Positions 17,871-27,612 of a DNA stretch of 64,000 nt are shown here, piece after piece. Every line of letters begins with the position of its first letter. Position 1 is the first letter of the stretch. The translations under genes and the position numbers were made by a program. Below the pieces are notes generated by a model. That model was not told where the DNA came from and made no database searches. It saw only the letters and a list, made by a program, of their open reading frames with translations. Source of the DNA: an uncultured Gammaproteobacteria bacterium (GTDB lineage Bacteria > Patescibacteriota > Microgenomatia > UBA8517); NCBI GenBank assembly GCA_964645605.1, contig CAZYCE010000005.1, forward strand, positions 362-64,361, read 5' to 3'.

Positions 17871-18131
17871 TTACTGTCTTGGTTCCATGGGTCTTGCCAC
17901 ATTGACATTAATCTTACGGCCTTTAAGCTCGTACTGATTAAATTTCTCAATAGCTGCTTGTGCTTCTGCGTCGCTACTCATGGTAACGAATCCGAAACCT
18001 CTGCTTCTACCGGTCATTTTATCTGAAATGACTGCGGCATCAGCAACTGTTCCTGCGCCAGCAAACAAAGCCTTGAGATCATCGGCATTTACTTCCCATG
18101 ACAAATTACCAACAAAAAGTTTGGATTGCAT
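17871..18131 (-). CDS. RRM RNA-binding protein
   Basis: RNP2 LFVGNL, RNP1 RGFGFVTM; AAAGGAGGTGA SD. Confidence 0.95.
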   Translation of the reverse strand: MQSKLFVGNLSWEVNADDLKALFAGAGTVADAAVISDKMTGRSRGFGFVTMSSDAEAQAAIEKFNQYELKGRKINVNVARPMEPRQ

Positions 18132-18249
18132 TGATTTAAAAAATTTTCACCTCCTTTTTAATTGAAGTCTGAACAAAGGCGGAGTGCTCTAACCAAAATC
18201 TCGCTATCCCTTGAAAACTCTGTGCATAGTATATAATAATTTATACAAA

Positions 18250-18450
18250 ATGACAAATAGCGGAAGTAGTTCTAAACAAAAAGTTTCGGAAGCACCAATA
18301 CCCAAAATCCCAAGCCTGGGATTCGGCTTCAAAAGGCCCTCGATATTTTCCGGAAATGCGAGATTTACACCGAAAGGTTCTCCGCACTCTAAATTTAATC
18401 AGGCTACATTCCACACCCAGCATAAAGGCGGCACCTCCGGGGGAAAATAA
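18250..18450 (+). CDS. Small basic low-complexity protein
   Basis: TATAAT just upstream; ends FHTQHKGG. Confidence 0.55.
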   Translation: MTNSGSSSKQKVSEAPIPKIPSLGFGFKRPSIFSGNARFTPKGSPHSKFNQATFHTQHKGGTSGGK

Positions 18451-18495
18451 TATCTTCTAATTTACAATTCGGCGTTTACAATTTACAATTGCACC

Positions 18496-19377
18496 ATGAC
18501 CGAGAAAATTACGTCAGTTGTCGCCAGGGAGGATAACGGCAACATTCAAATAACTTTTACTATTCCCTATTCTGAAATTAAGGCTGCGCAGGATGAGGTT
18601 ATCAAGGAATTTGCAAAAGATACCGAAATTCCGGGATTCCGCAAAGGCATGGCTCCTCTTGATAAAGTAAAGGAGAAAATACCCCAAAGTACCCTTGTAG
18701 AACATTCCTTAAGTCATGTTTTACCCAAAGCCCTTTCTGAAGCTATTACAGAAAATAAGCTACAAATAGCAATTTACCCCAAATTCGAACTTATCAGCGC
18801 TAAAGAAGGAGAAAACTGGCAAATAAGAGCTGTCACTTGTGAACTTCCCAAGGTAGAACTGGGCGATTATAAAAAAATTGTTGCTGGCGCTTCACGCGCC
18901 TCCAATCTTTGGATACCCGACAAAGGTAAACCCGAAGATAAAAAAGAACCTTCCCGTGAGCAAAAGGAACAAACCGTGATGAAGGCACTGCTAGATAATA
19001 TTAAGGTCAATATCCCTCAAATTTTGATTGAGGAGGAGGCTGACAGCAGAATTTCAAACTTGTTATCAAGGCTGGAAAAGCTTGGCCTTGCCCTTGAAAG
19101 TTATCTATCATCAATCGGCAAAAAGGCTGAGGATCTCCGAGCCGACTATGCAAATCAAGCCCGTGAGGCCATCGCCCTGGATTTAATTTTGTCCGAAATA
19201 GCAAAAGAGGAAAATATAAAAATAGAAGAGAATGAAATAGAGGACGCACTTAAAATGTCTGAGGTGGGTCAAGATAAAAAGACCGAAAATGCGGATGAAA
19301 TTGAGAATAAAAAAAGGCTTATGGAATCAATTTTAAAGCGAAGGGCTGCTCTAGATTTGTTGATTAATCTAAGCTAA
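18496..19377 (+). CDS. tig: Trigger factor, lacking the PPIase domain
   Basis: IPGFRKGMAP ribosome-binding motif; 293 aa. Confidence 0.88.
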   Translation: MTEKITSVVAREDNGNIQITFTIPYSEIKAAQDEVIKEFAKDTEIPGFRKGMAPLDKVKEKIPQSTLVEHSLSHVLPKALSEAITENKLQIAIYPKFELISAKEGENWQIRAVTCELPKVELGDYKKIVAGASRASNLWIPDKGKPEDKKEPSREQKEQTVMKALLDNIKVNIPQILIEEEADSRISNLLSRLEKLGLALESYLSSIGKKAEDLRADYANQAREAIALDLILSEIAKEENIKIEENEIEDALKMSEVGQDKKTENADEIENKKRLMESILKRRAALDLLINLS

Positions 19378-19396
19378 AGAGTTAAACTCGTGCCAA

Positions 19397-20026
19397 ATGG
19401 CGGATATAAAAAAGAAGAATCAAACTCTAATTACTCGCCGGAATGTTCTGGAATCCCTTAAGGACCTCGGAGAAGACTCTGTTGCCCAGACAAGTGATTT
19501 TATTAAAAACACATCGGAAGACTTTATAAGTGAACTCCTAGGTCTTTCTACCAAAAACACCAAAAGGTCGGGGGAGCTTTCAGCTGGCGAGACTCTTGAC
19601 ATTGGAAACGTATTAGACGGAAAAGAAGAGCAAAATGCAAAAGTACGTAAACAAGCTAAATTTGAAAATTCTCTATTAATGGAGGAGGCTAAAGCTTCCC
19701 GTGACAAAAGTTTGGAGCTTAAAATTCAACTTCAGGCAATTATGCAGGAGATTAAAAAAGTATCGGAAAGCACTCAGAATTTAGCTGAGGCAACTGCCGC
19801 CGGCATGATTTCGGCTCCCGTAGAGCCCGGGATCTATCACATTGGTCTTTTTGAAAGTATCCTGGAATTTTTGCAATCTTTTCGAAAAAGAGTCAACTTG
19901 GCTGCAACATGGCTCCAATCAACCAATAAAAGAGCGGAAAAGAAAAACTTTTGGGCACAATATCACAAAAAAGGCACTAGTTTTCTTCTTAATCCAGAAA
20001 GTTACTCCCAAAGATCTGCCGGCTGA
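19397..20026 (+). CDS. DUF5660-like CPR coiled-coil protein
   Basis: PGIYH..LFE...A.TWL...KK..W...KKG..F.L..E...RSAG. Confidence 0.7.
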   Translation: MADIKKKNQTLITRRNVLESLKDLGEDSVAQTSDFIKNTSEDFISELLGLSTKNTKRSGELSAGETLDIGNVLDGKEEQNAKVRKQAKFENSLLMEEAKASRDKSLELKIQLQAIMQEIKKVSESTQNLAEATAAGMISAPVEPGIYHIGLFESILEFLQSFRKRVNLAATWLQSTNKRAEKKNFWAQYHKKGTSFLLNPESYSQRSAG

Positions 20027-20032
20027 TTCTAG

Positions 20033-20106
20033 TGGACGCTAAGGGACTCGAACCCCTGACCTCATTCACGTCAAGAATGCGCTCTAACCAACTGAGCTAA
20101 GCGTCC
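20033..20106 (-). tRNA. tRNA-Val(GAC)
   Basis: Loop TT-GAC-GT, GGTTCGAGT. Confidence 0.92.
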
Positions 20107-20191
20107 TAATGTGCAAGTCCGCTTCGTCCAAAGCGACGTAAACGCACGGTATGGCTATTATAAACGAATCCTGATAAATCTTCAAAACTGG

Positions 20192-20719
20192 TCAGGGAAG
20201 GCAGTTTGGCCAGATCCCCCCTTTGTTCTCGCTTACCGCGTATGCTGCCGTCTGAACGGCTTCTTCTGCGTTGTAGCGAAGGTCGGGATTAACATCCTCC
20301 CCGAATTCTTTTCTTAAATTTTTCCAGGCAGTGACTCCGAATTGGTATAGGCCTGCGTATCCCGCATTTGATGCCATTTGATCAAACCCAGATTCACATA
20401 GGGCTATATACCTTAAAACGTCAGAGCTTACGCCGTATTGTGCCGCAAATCTATCTATTAACCCATTTATTTCCTGCGATGAAAAAGTTGGTTGGGGGAT
20501 AGGCGTTGGTGTTTTTGTTGGTTTGGGTGTTGGGGACTTTGTGGGAACCGGGGTCGGAATTTCTGTGGGGGTGGGGGATGGTGTCATTGTTGGAATAGGA
20601 ATCGAGGTAGCTTGTAAAGATAGAACTTTTGAATCTGCTGCGTCCTCCCTTATTATCCTAATAACAACCAACTCCCCGAAAACAACCAAAAGTAATAATC
20701 CCAGAATAGTATTTTTCAT
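20192..20719 (-). CDS. Lytic transglycosylase (SLT/Rpf-like) with PT linker
   Basis: IALCESGF...YAGLYQF...W..C. Confidence 0.8.
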   Translation of the reverse strand: MKNTILGLLLLVVFGELVVIRIIREDAADSKVLSLQATSIPIPTMTPSPTPTEIPTPVPTKSPTPKPTKTPTPIPQPTFSSQEINGLIDRFAAQYGVSSDVLRYIALCESGFDQMASNAGYAGLYQFGVTAWKNLRKEFGEDVNPDLRYNAEEAVQTAAYAVSENKGGIWPNCLP

Positions 20720-20967
20720 GCAAATATTTTACCACTCTGATAACTTAAGCGTTTTTTAAGACTTGTGCTTTATAGTGGCTATTAGTTGGAAAGGAAAACA
20801 CATTAAAATGTGGCACACTTTAAAAGAAAGTGTAAGCCAAGTTAATTTATAAAATTAAATCTTTTCTAAATATTTGTACGCCTAAATTCAATCTTAGTTT
20901 TATTATATCCGGTTGAAGAATTGGTAATACAAATCCAGAAAATGATTTATTTTAGATCAGGTTCGTT

Positions 20968-21004
20968 CATGCGACTCCTGCGATCCGGCGGGAGTCGCAT
21001 TTTA
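20968..21004. terminator. Strong hairpin downstream of mscL (terminator or REP-like)
   Basis: ATGCGACTCCTGC-GATCCG-GCGGGAGTCGCAT, T-tract on the + side. Confidence 0.55.
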
Positions 21005-21008
21005 GTTT

Positions 21009-21308
21009 CTACTTCTTTTTATCAAGCCCATCCAATTTCAAGAGAGTAACTCCAAAATAAACAACTAAGGCCACCACCACGAAGTTTATTAGGGTACTAA
21101 TGAAATCTCCCCACATCAATTTTGAGCTTCCGATCGCCAAATATGCATTCTCGAGATTTCCCAATCTACCAATTACAAGCCCCAGAAGTGGGTTAATAAG
21201 ATCCGTTACAATTGATGCAACCAATTTGGAGACTGCACCGCCTAAAATAAACCCGACCGCCAACCCTATCACGCCTTGCTCACGAATAAATTGTATAAAT
21301 CCTTTCAA
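21009..21308 (-). CDS. mscL: Large-conductance mechanosensitive channel
   Basis: F..FI...GVIGLAVGFILGGA..KLV.S.V.DLINP; GGAGGTGA SD before a TTG start. Confidence 0.9.
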   Translation of the reverse strand: MKGFIQFIREQGVIGLAVGFILGGAVSKLVASIVTDLINPLLGLVIGRLGNLENAYLAIGSSKLMWGDFISTLINFVVVALVVYFGVTLLKLDGLDKKK

Positions 21309-21343
21309 GTGTTTGTCACCTCCTATATCATTCCCTTCTTGCC

Positions 21344-22126
21344 CTATCTTACGAAAATCCAAAAAAGAGCCGCAAGGATAATCCTGTAAATTCCAAATAC
21401 AGTGAAATTATGCTTCTTCACAAAACTGATCAAAAATTTGATCGCCAACATTGCAAAAACAAACGAAAGAGCCGTGCCGATAATAAGCGTTAAGGTTCCC
21501 GACTTCGTAATAAATTGCCTTGATTCATAAATATCCAAAGCCGAGGCTGCAAACATAGTGGGAACTGCCAAAAGAAAGGAAAACTCCGTAGCTGTGGGCC
21601 GATTTAGACCAGTAGTTAATCCTCCAATAATTGTGGATGCCGCCCTGGACATTCCGGGGATAACGGAAAGACATTGAAAACAACCTATCAAAAAGGCTTT
21701 CTTGTAGGTAATTTTTTCGTAATCTATCTTATTATCAATCACACTGCCTTTATTTTTCTTTTTGAGAATATACTCAATTAAAATCAAGGCAATGCCGCCC
21801 CAAAAAAGGGCATTAAGTGTTATCAGCGAACTCCCTAATAGAAAATTTTTGATAAAAGGGTAAAGCAAAAGTCCGATAATTCCTGTAGGAATAAAGGCAA
21901 TTATTAACTTTTTGATGAGTTTAATATCAAAAAACCTTCTTGTATATAAAACCACAACTGCCAAAATTGCCCCCAGTTGAATTACTATTTCAAATGTTTT
22001 GACAAAATTTGTTTCGGTAATTCCCAAAAGCTTTGAGGCAAGGATTAGATGTCCCGTTGAAGAAATCGGAAGAAACTCGGTTAAACCCTCTATTATTGAG
22101 AGTATAAAAACATGCAAAAAACTCAT
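21344..22126 (-). CDS. uppP: Undecaprenyl-diphosphatase
   Basis: EGLTEFLPISSTGH, IQLGAILAV, PGMSR; true start MSFLH. Confidence 0.95.
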   Translation of the reverse strand: MSFLHVFILSIIEGLTEFLPISSTGHLILASKLLGITETNFVKTFEIVIQLGAILAVVVLYTRRFFDIKLIKKLIIAFIPTGIIGLLLYPFIKNFLLGSSLITLNALFWGGIALILIEYILKKKNKGSVIDNKIDYEKITYKKAFLIGCFQCLSVIPGMSRAASTIIGGLTTGLNRPTATEFSFLLAVPTMFAASALDIYESRQFITKSGTLTLIIGTALSFVFAMLAIKFLISFVKKHNFTVFGIYRIILAALFWIFVR

Positions 22127-22277
22127 GAAATTAAGTATAGTCAATTCCGAAACAAGATTAAAGATGATATAATTATCACTTGCCGCCACCAAAATCCGTA
22201 TGGGTTTTGAAAGGAGAAACAACGAAGCGAAAAGTAAAGGCCTAAGCTTTTGAGAGATGTGTGGTTTGTTTCGACAC

Positions 22278-22348
22278 GGGCTCGTGGTATACCGGTAACA
22301 CGCTTCCATGGCATGGAAGAGTAGCGGGTCCAATTCCCGCCGAGTCCA
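22278..22348 (+). tRNA. tRNA-Ala(GGC)
   Basis: G3:U70 pair, loop AT-GGC-AT; T-loop TCCAATT. Confidence 0.88.
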
Positions 22349-22469
22349 CTCTTCGCCCCTTGGGCTAGGAGGTGTCCGGCCGCCGGATTCCGGAAGATTA
22401 TCCCTAAAAAAGATGTGACAAGGTGGGGCTTCTACAATCCAAATTAAGTTGTATAATACACTATAAGAT

Positions 22470-24281
22470 ATGGAAATACGAAATGTTGCTATCATTGCTC
22501 ACGTTGATCACGGTAAAACAACCTTGGTTGACGCACTTCTCCGTCAATCTCATACCGAAATGAAAAAGGAGATCGCAGAGCAGGACACAATTTTAGATTC
22601 AAATGAACTTGAGCGGGAGCGCGGAATTACTATATTTTCCAAAAATGCCTCAGTTGAGTGGAAAGGCGTAAAAATAAATATTATCGACACTCCAGGACAC
22701 GCCGATTTTGGGGGCGAGGTGGAGCGCGTTCTTTCTATGGCCGATGGAGCCCTTCTTTTGGTTGATGCTAAGGAAGGACCCATGCCCCAAACCAGATTTG
22801 TACTCAGAGAGGCCTTAAAGCTTGGTCTTAAAATCATTGTCGTTGTCAATAAAATCGATAAGAAGGGCGCCAGACCTGACTGGGTTCATGGAAAAACTTT
22901 CGATCTTTTTGTCGAACTTGGCGCAAGTGAAGAAATTGCCTTATTTCCGGTTATTTTTGCCTCAGGCCGCGACGGTAAAGCCGGACTAACTCCCGATCTG
23001 ACCCAAATGACCGATATTACGCCTGTTTTTGACGCGATCTTAAAATACATTCCCGCTCCCGCGATAAATTCCGACAAACCCCTTCAAATGCTTGTCAGTA
23101 ATATTACCTATGACAATTACAAAGGAAGGATCGCAATAGGAAAAATCCATTCCGGAAATATTAAAAACGGACAGGACATCATTCATATTAACCGCGACGG
23201 TCTAAATAAAAAATATAAAATCACGTCCCTTTTTACTTTTAAAGGTTTGGGTAAAATTGAAGAAGAAGAAGCTCTGGCGGGGGATATTGTTGCCGTAAGC
23301 GGAATTCCGGATGTTAATATCGGTGAAACTATTGCCGACCCGGTCAACCCCGTCCCTTTGCCTTTAATTGATATCGAGCAACCGACTGTCAAAATGATTT
23401 TTAAAGTCAACGATTCGCCCTTTGCCGGAAAAGAGGGAGAGTTTAAAACCAGCAGCCAGCTCCGAGTTCGGCTTTATAAAGAACTTGAAACGGATGTAGC
23501 CCTAAAAGTTGAGGACAACAGTGACGGAACATGGACGGTCTCAGGGCGAGGAGAACTTCATTTGGCCATACTTATTGAAAGAATGAGAAGGGAGGGCTAT
23601 GAGTTTCAAGTAAGCCGTCCCCACGTTATTAACCATATTGTTGACGGAAAAACCATGACGCCGTTTGAAAAAGTGTATATTGAGGTCCCCGAGGAACACT
23701 CAGGTGTCGTCATCCAAAAAATGGGACAAAGACACGCAAAAATGGATAATCTGGAAACAACTGAAGGAATTACATATTTGGAATTTACAGTCGCCACCAA
23801 GGAACTTATCGGATTCAGAAGTGAATTCATAACCGACACAAAAGGGCTTGGAATAATGAATTCCGCATTTTATGAATTTCTCCCTGATGACGGATTTGCA
23901 CGCGAAAGAGATCGGGGAAGTATGGTTGCTTATGAAACGGGAGAAACCAGGCTTTATGGGATGACACAGGTTCAGGATCAAGGTGAATTTTTTGTCGGAC
24001 CCGCTGAAAAAGTTTACAAAGGGCAGGTTATCGGGCAATGCAATAGAACGGGAGACTTACGTGTAAACGCCTGTAAAGAGAAAAAACTTAGCAATATGAG
24101 AAGTAAGGGTGAGGGTACAATGGAACATTTTAACGCTCCACACAGAATGGGACTTGAGGAAGCCTTGGAATATATTGATGACACGGAGCTTGTCGAAGTA
24201 ACTCCAAAATCAATAAGAATCAGAAAGATCATTCTCGATGAGGTAGAAGCCAGAAAAGCCGCCAAATTGGCTAAACATTAA
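22470..24281 (+). CDS. typA: Translational GTPase TypA/BipA
   Basis: AHVDHGKTT, ERGITI, DTPGHADF, GRGELHL, EVTPKSIRIRK. Confidence 0.97.
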   Translation: MEIRNVAIIAHVDHGKTTLVDALLRQSHTEMKKEIAEQDTILDSNELERERGITIFSKNASVEWKGVKINIIDTPGHADFGGEVERVLSMADGALLLVDAKEGPMPQTRFVLREALKLGLKIIVVVNKIDKKGARPDWVHGKTFDLFVELGASEEIALFPVIFASGRDGKAGLTPDLTQMTDITPVFDAILKYIPAPAINSDKPLQMLVSNITYDNYKGRIAIGKIHSGNIKNGQDIIHINRDGLNKKYKITSLFTFKGLGKIEEEEALAGDIVAVSGIPDVNIGETIADPVNPVPLPLIDIEQPTVKMIFKVNDSPFAGKEGEFKTSSQLRVRLYKELETDVALKVEDNSDGTWTVSGRGELHLAILIERMRREGYEFQVSRPHVINHIVDGKTMTPFEKVYIEVPEEHSGVVIQKMGQRHAKMDNLETTEGITYLEFTVATKELIGFRSEFITDTKGLGIMNSAFYEFLPDDGFARERDRGSMVAYETGETRLYGMTQVQDQGEFFVGPAEKVYKGQVIGQCNRTGDLRVNACKEKKLSNMRSKGEGTMEHFNAPHRMGLEEALEYIDDTELVEVTPKSIRIRKIILDEVEARKAAKLAKH

Positions 24282-24314
24282 ATAAAAACTTACACCCCGC
24301 GGGTGTCAGAATAT

Positions 24315-24568
24315 TTGACTTCGGCTCGAAATTAAGATAAATTAATATCGGATAGTTAAATTTTCCGCGTTTTTAAATCGAACCAACCAATCGATAAGCG
24401 GAGCGTAGTACCGACGAAACGGTAAAAAATTAAGTCACCAAGTAGTTTGGATGGGACCTCTCCGGAGTCGGGGATCCAGATGAAAATAGGTGGCTTTTTT
24501 AGTTTTATGAGTTTAGAATTTACATACTGGGGATTGATTGAAAATTAGAAATTAGTATTTTGAAATTT
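24315..24568 (+). promoter_or_regulatory. thrS promoter and ~220-nt structured leader
   Basis: TTGACT-N17-TAAATT, then several hairpins ending in GGTGGC-T6. Confidence 0.5.
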
Positions 24569-26314
24569 ATGGAAAATTTGAGGAATTTAGAGAATTTGAG
24601 GCATTCCTGTTCGCATCTTATGGCAGCCGCCGTTTTGGAGTTGTGGCCGAATGTCAAATTAACTCTTGGGCCTGCCATTGAAGACGGTTTTTATTATGAT
24701 GTCGATTTTGGAGACATTAAAATATCCGATATTGACCTTCCCAAAATTGAGGAAAAAATGCACGAGATTGTAAAATCTTGGACATCCTTTGAAAAAAGAG
24801 TCTTAACCAAGGAAGAAGCACTCGAGGAATTTAAAGGCAATGAATATAAAAAGGAACTAATTAATGAGCATTCTAAAGACAGTGATGGGTTGACAGTCTA
24901 TCGGTCGGGAAATTTCCGGGACCTTTGCCGCGGTGGACATGTTGAGCGTCCAGACAAAGAACTTAAATATTTCAAATTGCTTTCGGTGGCAGGAGCTTAC
25001 TGGCGGGGAGATGAAAAAAACAAAATGTTAACCCGTATTTACGGCACAATATTTCCTACACAAGAAGAACTGGATGGGTATGTGGCTTTGAAAGAAGAGG
25101 CTAAGAAAAGGGACCACCGAAAAATAGGTAAAGACCTAAATCTGTATTTATTATCAGAGGAAGTCGGCCAGGGATTATTACTTCTTAAGCCGAACGGGGC
25201 AATTATCAGAAGGGAGATTGAGAATCTTATTGTTACTGAACAAACAAAGCGTGGTTACCAGCATGTTTACACTCCTCACATAGGCAGAAAACAATTATGG
25301 AAAACTTCGGGCCACTGGGATCTTTATAGGGACAAAATGTATGCTCCCATGAAAGTTGATGACGATGAATATCTGGTTAAACCCATGAATTGTCCGTTCC
25401 ATATGATGATCTACAAGTCACAACCAAGAAGTTACAGAGAACTTCCGCTTAGGTTGGCGGAAATCGCAACAGTTTACCGATACGAACAGCCGGGAGAACT
25501 CTCCGGAATGCTCAGGGTAAGACACATAACACAGGATGATTCACATATTTTCTGTAGGGAAAATCAGGTTGTTGATGAATTTATCGGCGTTTTTGATTAC
25601 ACCATTTTTTTGCTCAAGACTTTCGGGCTTAGCAATTTTTATCTCAGGTTGGGGTTAAGGTCACCTAAAGAGAAATATCTTGGAAATGACGTCGTATGGG
25701 ACAAGGCAGAAAAAGAAATTGTCAAAGCAATTGAAAAAAGAGGTTTAGAATTTGTCAAAAGCGAGGGGGATGCTGCCTTCTACGGACCGAAGCTTGATGT
25801 TATTATCAAAGATTCATTAGGTCGCGAATGGCAGTGTGGAACTATTCAGGTGGACTTTATGCTCCCGGAAAGGTTCGGTCTTGAATATATAAATGAAAAG
25901 GGAGAAATAGAGAGACCCGCTCTTATTCACAGAGCACCCTTAGGGTCCCTTGAAAGGTTTATGGCAATTTTAATTGAAAATTACGCAGGAAATTTTCCAA
26001 CCTGGCTTACACCCGTGCAAGTTAAAGTCCTTCCAATTACCGAAAAACACCTTGATTATGCAAGGACTGTACTTGCCAGCCTCAAGAGTGTGGGAATTAG
26101 AGCGGAGATTGACGATAAGAATGAGCGTTTACAGGCCAAAATAAGGAACGCTCAATTAGAAAAGGTCTCATACATGTTTATAGTCGGAGACCGCGAACAA
26201 GAAGCTAATAAGGTTGCGGTACGAAAGCGAAACGGAGAAGACCTGGGATCTAAAGATCTGGAGAATTTTATAAAAGCTTTAAAGAAAGAAATTGACGAGA
26301 AGACAATCGTTTAA
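24569..26314 (+). CDS. thrS: Threonyl-tRNA synthetase
   Basis: RHSCSH, DLCRGGH, KPMNCP, YRYE, AFYGPK, GSLERF. Confidence 0.97.
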   Translation: MENLRNLENLRHSCSHLMAAAVLELWPNVKLTLGPAIEDGFYYDVDFGDIKISDIDLPKIEEKMHEIVKSWTSFEKRVLTKEEALEEFKGNEYKKELINEHSKDSDGLTVYRSGNFRDLCRGGHVERPDKELKYFKLLSVAGAYWRGDEKNKMLTRIYGTIFPTQEELDGYVALKEEAKKRDHRKIGKDLNLYLLSEEVGQGLLLLKPNGAIIRREIENLIVTEQTKRGYQHVYTPHIGRKQLWKTSGHWDLYRDKMYAPMKVDDDEYLVKPMNCPFHMMIYKSQPRSYRELPLRLAEIATVYRYEQPGELSGMLRVRHITQDDSHIFCRENQVVDEFIGVFDYTIFLLKTFGLSNFYLRLGLRSPKEKYLGNDVVWDKAEKEIVKAIEKRGLEFVKSEGDAAFYGPKLDVIIKDSLGREWQCGTIQVDFMLPERFGLEYINEKGEIERPALIHRAPLGSLERFMAILIENYAGNFPTWLTPVQVKVLPITEKHLDYARTVLASLKSVGIRAEIDDKNERLQAKIRNAQLEKVSYMFIVGDREQEANKVAVRKRNGEDLGSKDLENFIKALKKEIDEKTIV

Positions 26315-26369
26315 CTTGTTCTTGTATAAACTTACTTTTTTAGATACAATTCACATATAAGTTAAAGCT

Positions 26370-26948
26370 TTGGGAAAACAAAACCTTTTTTGGCGGACAG
26401 ACTATCAGATTAGAGCTCCCTCTCTTAGAGTCATTGATTCTGAAGGAAAATTAATTGGAGTTTTAGAACGAGATGAGGCTATTAAAAGAGCCAAGGAGGT
26501 GGGACTCACATTGGTAGAGATAGCCCCAAACGCTACCCCGCCGGTGGGTAAAATTGTTGATTTTGGTAAGTTCAGATATGCTGAAGAGAAAAAAGCCAGA
26601 GCGCAGGCCAAAAAAATAAAGGGGGGAGAGGTAAAAGAAATTAGATTTAGCCCCTTTATAGCAGAAAACGACTTTAATGTAAGAGTTGAGAGAATAAAGG
26701 AATTTTTTGCGGATAAAAACAAGGTCAAGGTCGTGGTCGTATTTAAAGGACCTCAAATGAGGGTCAAAAACACGGGATACGATCTTATTAAAAAGATTAA
26801 AAACGTATTTGGTGATACAATTGTCACCGACATGGAACCAAAATTCCTGGGAAAATACCTGGTAACGGTAATTTCTCCGGTATCAGGTAGAGCTGTAAAC
26901 AATAACAAAGATGGCAAAAAGAAAAGTCAGGAAATCGATAACAAATAG
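26370..26948 (+). CDS. infC: Translation initiation factor IF-3
   Basis: LVEIAPNATPPV, DFGKFRY, KEIRF; synteny. Confidence 0.93.
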   Translation: MGKQNLFWRTDYQIRAPSLRVIDSEGKLIGVLERDEAIKRAKEVGLTLVEIAPNATPPVGKIVDFGKFRYAEEKKARAQAKKIKGGEVKEIRFSPFIAENDFNVRVERIKEFFADKNKVKVVVVFKGPQMRVKNTGYDLIKKIKNVFGDTIVTDMEPKFLGKYLVTVISPVSGRAVNNNKDGKKKSQEIDNK

Positions 26949-27144
26949 ATTTAAGGTTACCAGAAATGGCAAAGTCATGCGTCGCCAGGGTTTTAGACGT
27001 CACCTTAAAAGCAGTAAAAGCAGTAAGCAGCTCAGAAATTTGAAAAGAACCAAAGAGTTAAAGGGGTTTTATGCCAAGAAGATCAGGAAAGCAGTCGGAA
27101 AGAAAGTTCATAAAAAAGTAAAGAAAGAAGAAGGTAGCATATAA
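26911..27144 (+). CDS. rpmI: 50S ribosomal protein L35
   Basis: [10 protein letters not shown]...HL; synteny. Confidence 0.93.
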   Translation: MAKRKVRKSITNRFKVTRNGKVMRRQGFRRHLKSSKSSKQLRNLKRTKELKGFYAKKIRKAVGKKVHKKVKKEEGSI

Positions 27145-27148
27145 TATT

Positions 27149-27505
27149 ATGAGAGTTAAATCGGTTTCCGCAATAAGACACAGAAAAACGCTCGCAAGAG
27201 CAAAGGGCTTCAAACAGGCAAGGAGTAGAAGAATCCAAACTGCAAAAGAAGCACTGGTTCACGCCGGAGCCTATGCATACCACGGAAGAAAACTTAAAAA
27301 AAGGAACCTTAGATCTCTCTGGATTACAAGAATTAGCGCTTCGGTAAAAGCACAGGGCATTTCATACAGTAAGTTTATTGCCGGTCTTAAAAAGGAAAAA
27401 ATCGAAATTGATAGAAAAATTCTAAGCGACATTGCAACACGAGACCCGAAAACTTTTGAGAAAATCGTCAAAGAGGCGGGATTTACATTTACCAAACCCG
27501 AATAG
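27149..27505 (+). CDS. rplT: 50S ribosomal protein L20
   Basis: AKGF, LWITRI, SYSKFI, IDRKILS. Confidence 0.96.
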   Translation: MRVKSVSAIRHRKTLARAKGFKQARSRRIQTAKEALVHAGAYAYHGRKLKKRNLRSLWITRISASVKAQGISYSKFIAGLKKEKIEIDRKILSDIATRDPKTFEKIVKEAGFTFTKPE

Positions 27506-27531
27506 GGGTGGTAAACACGTATAGAAGTTTC

Positions 27532-27556
27532 ACCCCGACAACCTCGGGGTTTTTTT
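27532..27556 (+). terminator. Intrinsic terminator after rplT
   Basis: ACCCCGA-loop-TCGGGGT followed by a T-tract. Confidence 0.8.
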
Positions 27557-27612
27557 ATGGGTCTCTCGTAACCTATGGCGAAAGATAGCAATACTATAAT
27601 ACAATTAACAAT

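Noticed and set aside
22127-22495. N-terminal extension of the 383-aa uppP ORF
   Set aside because: It reads through the antisense of tRNA-Ala and the typA start; UppP homology begins at MSFLH (22126).
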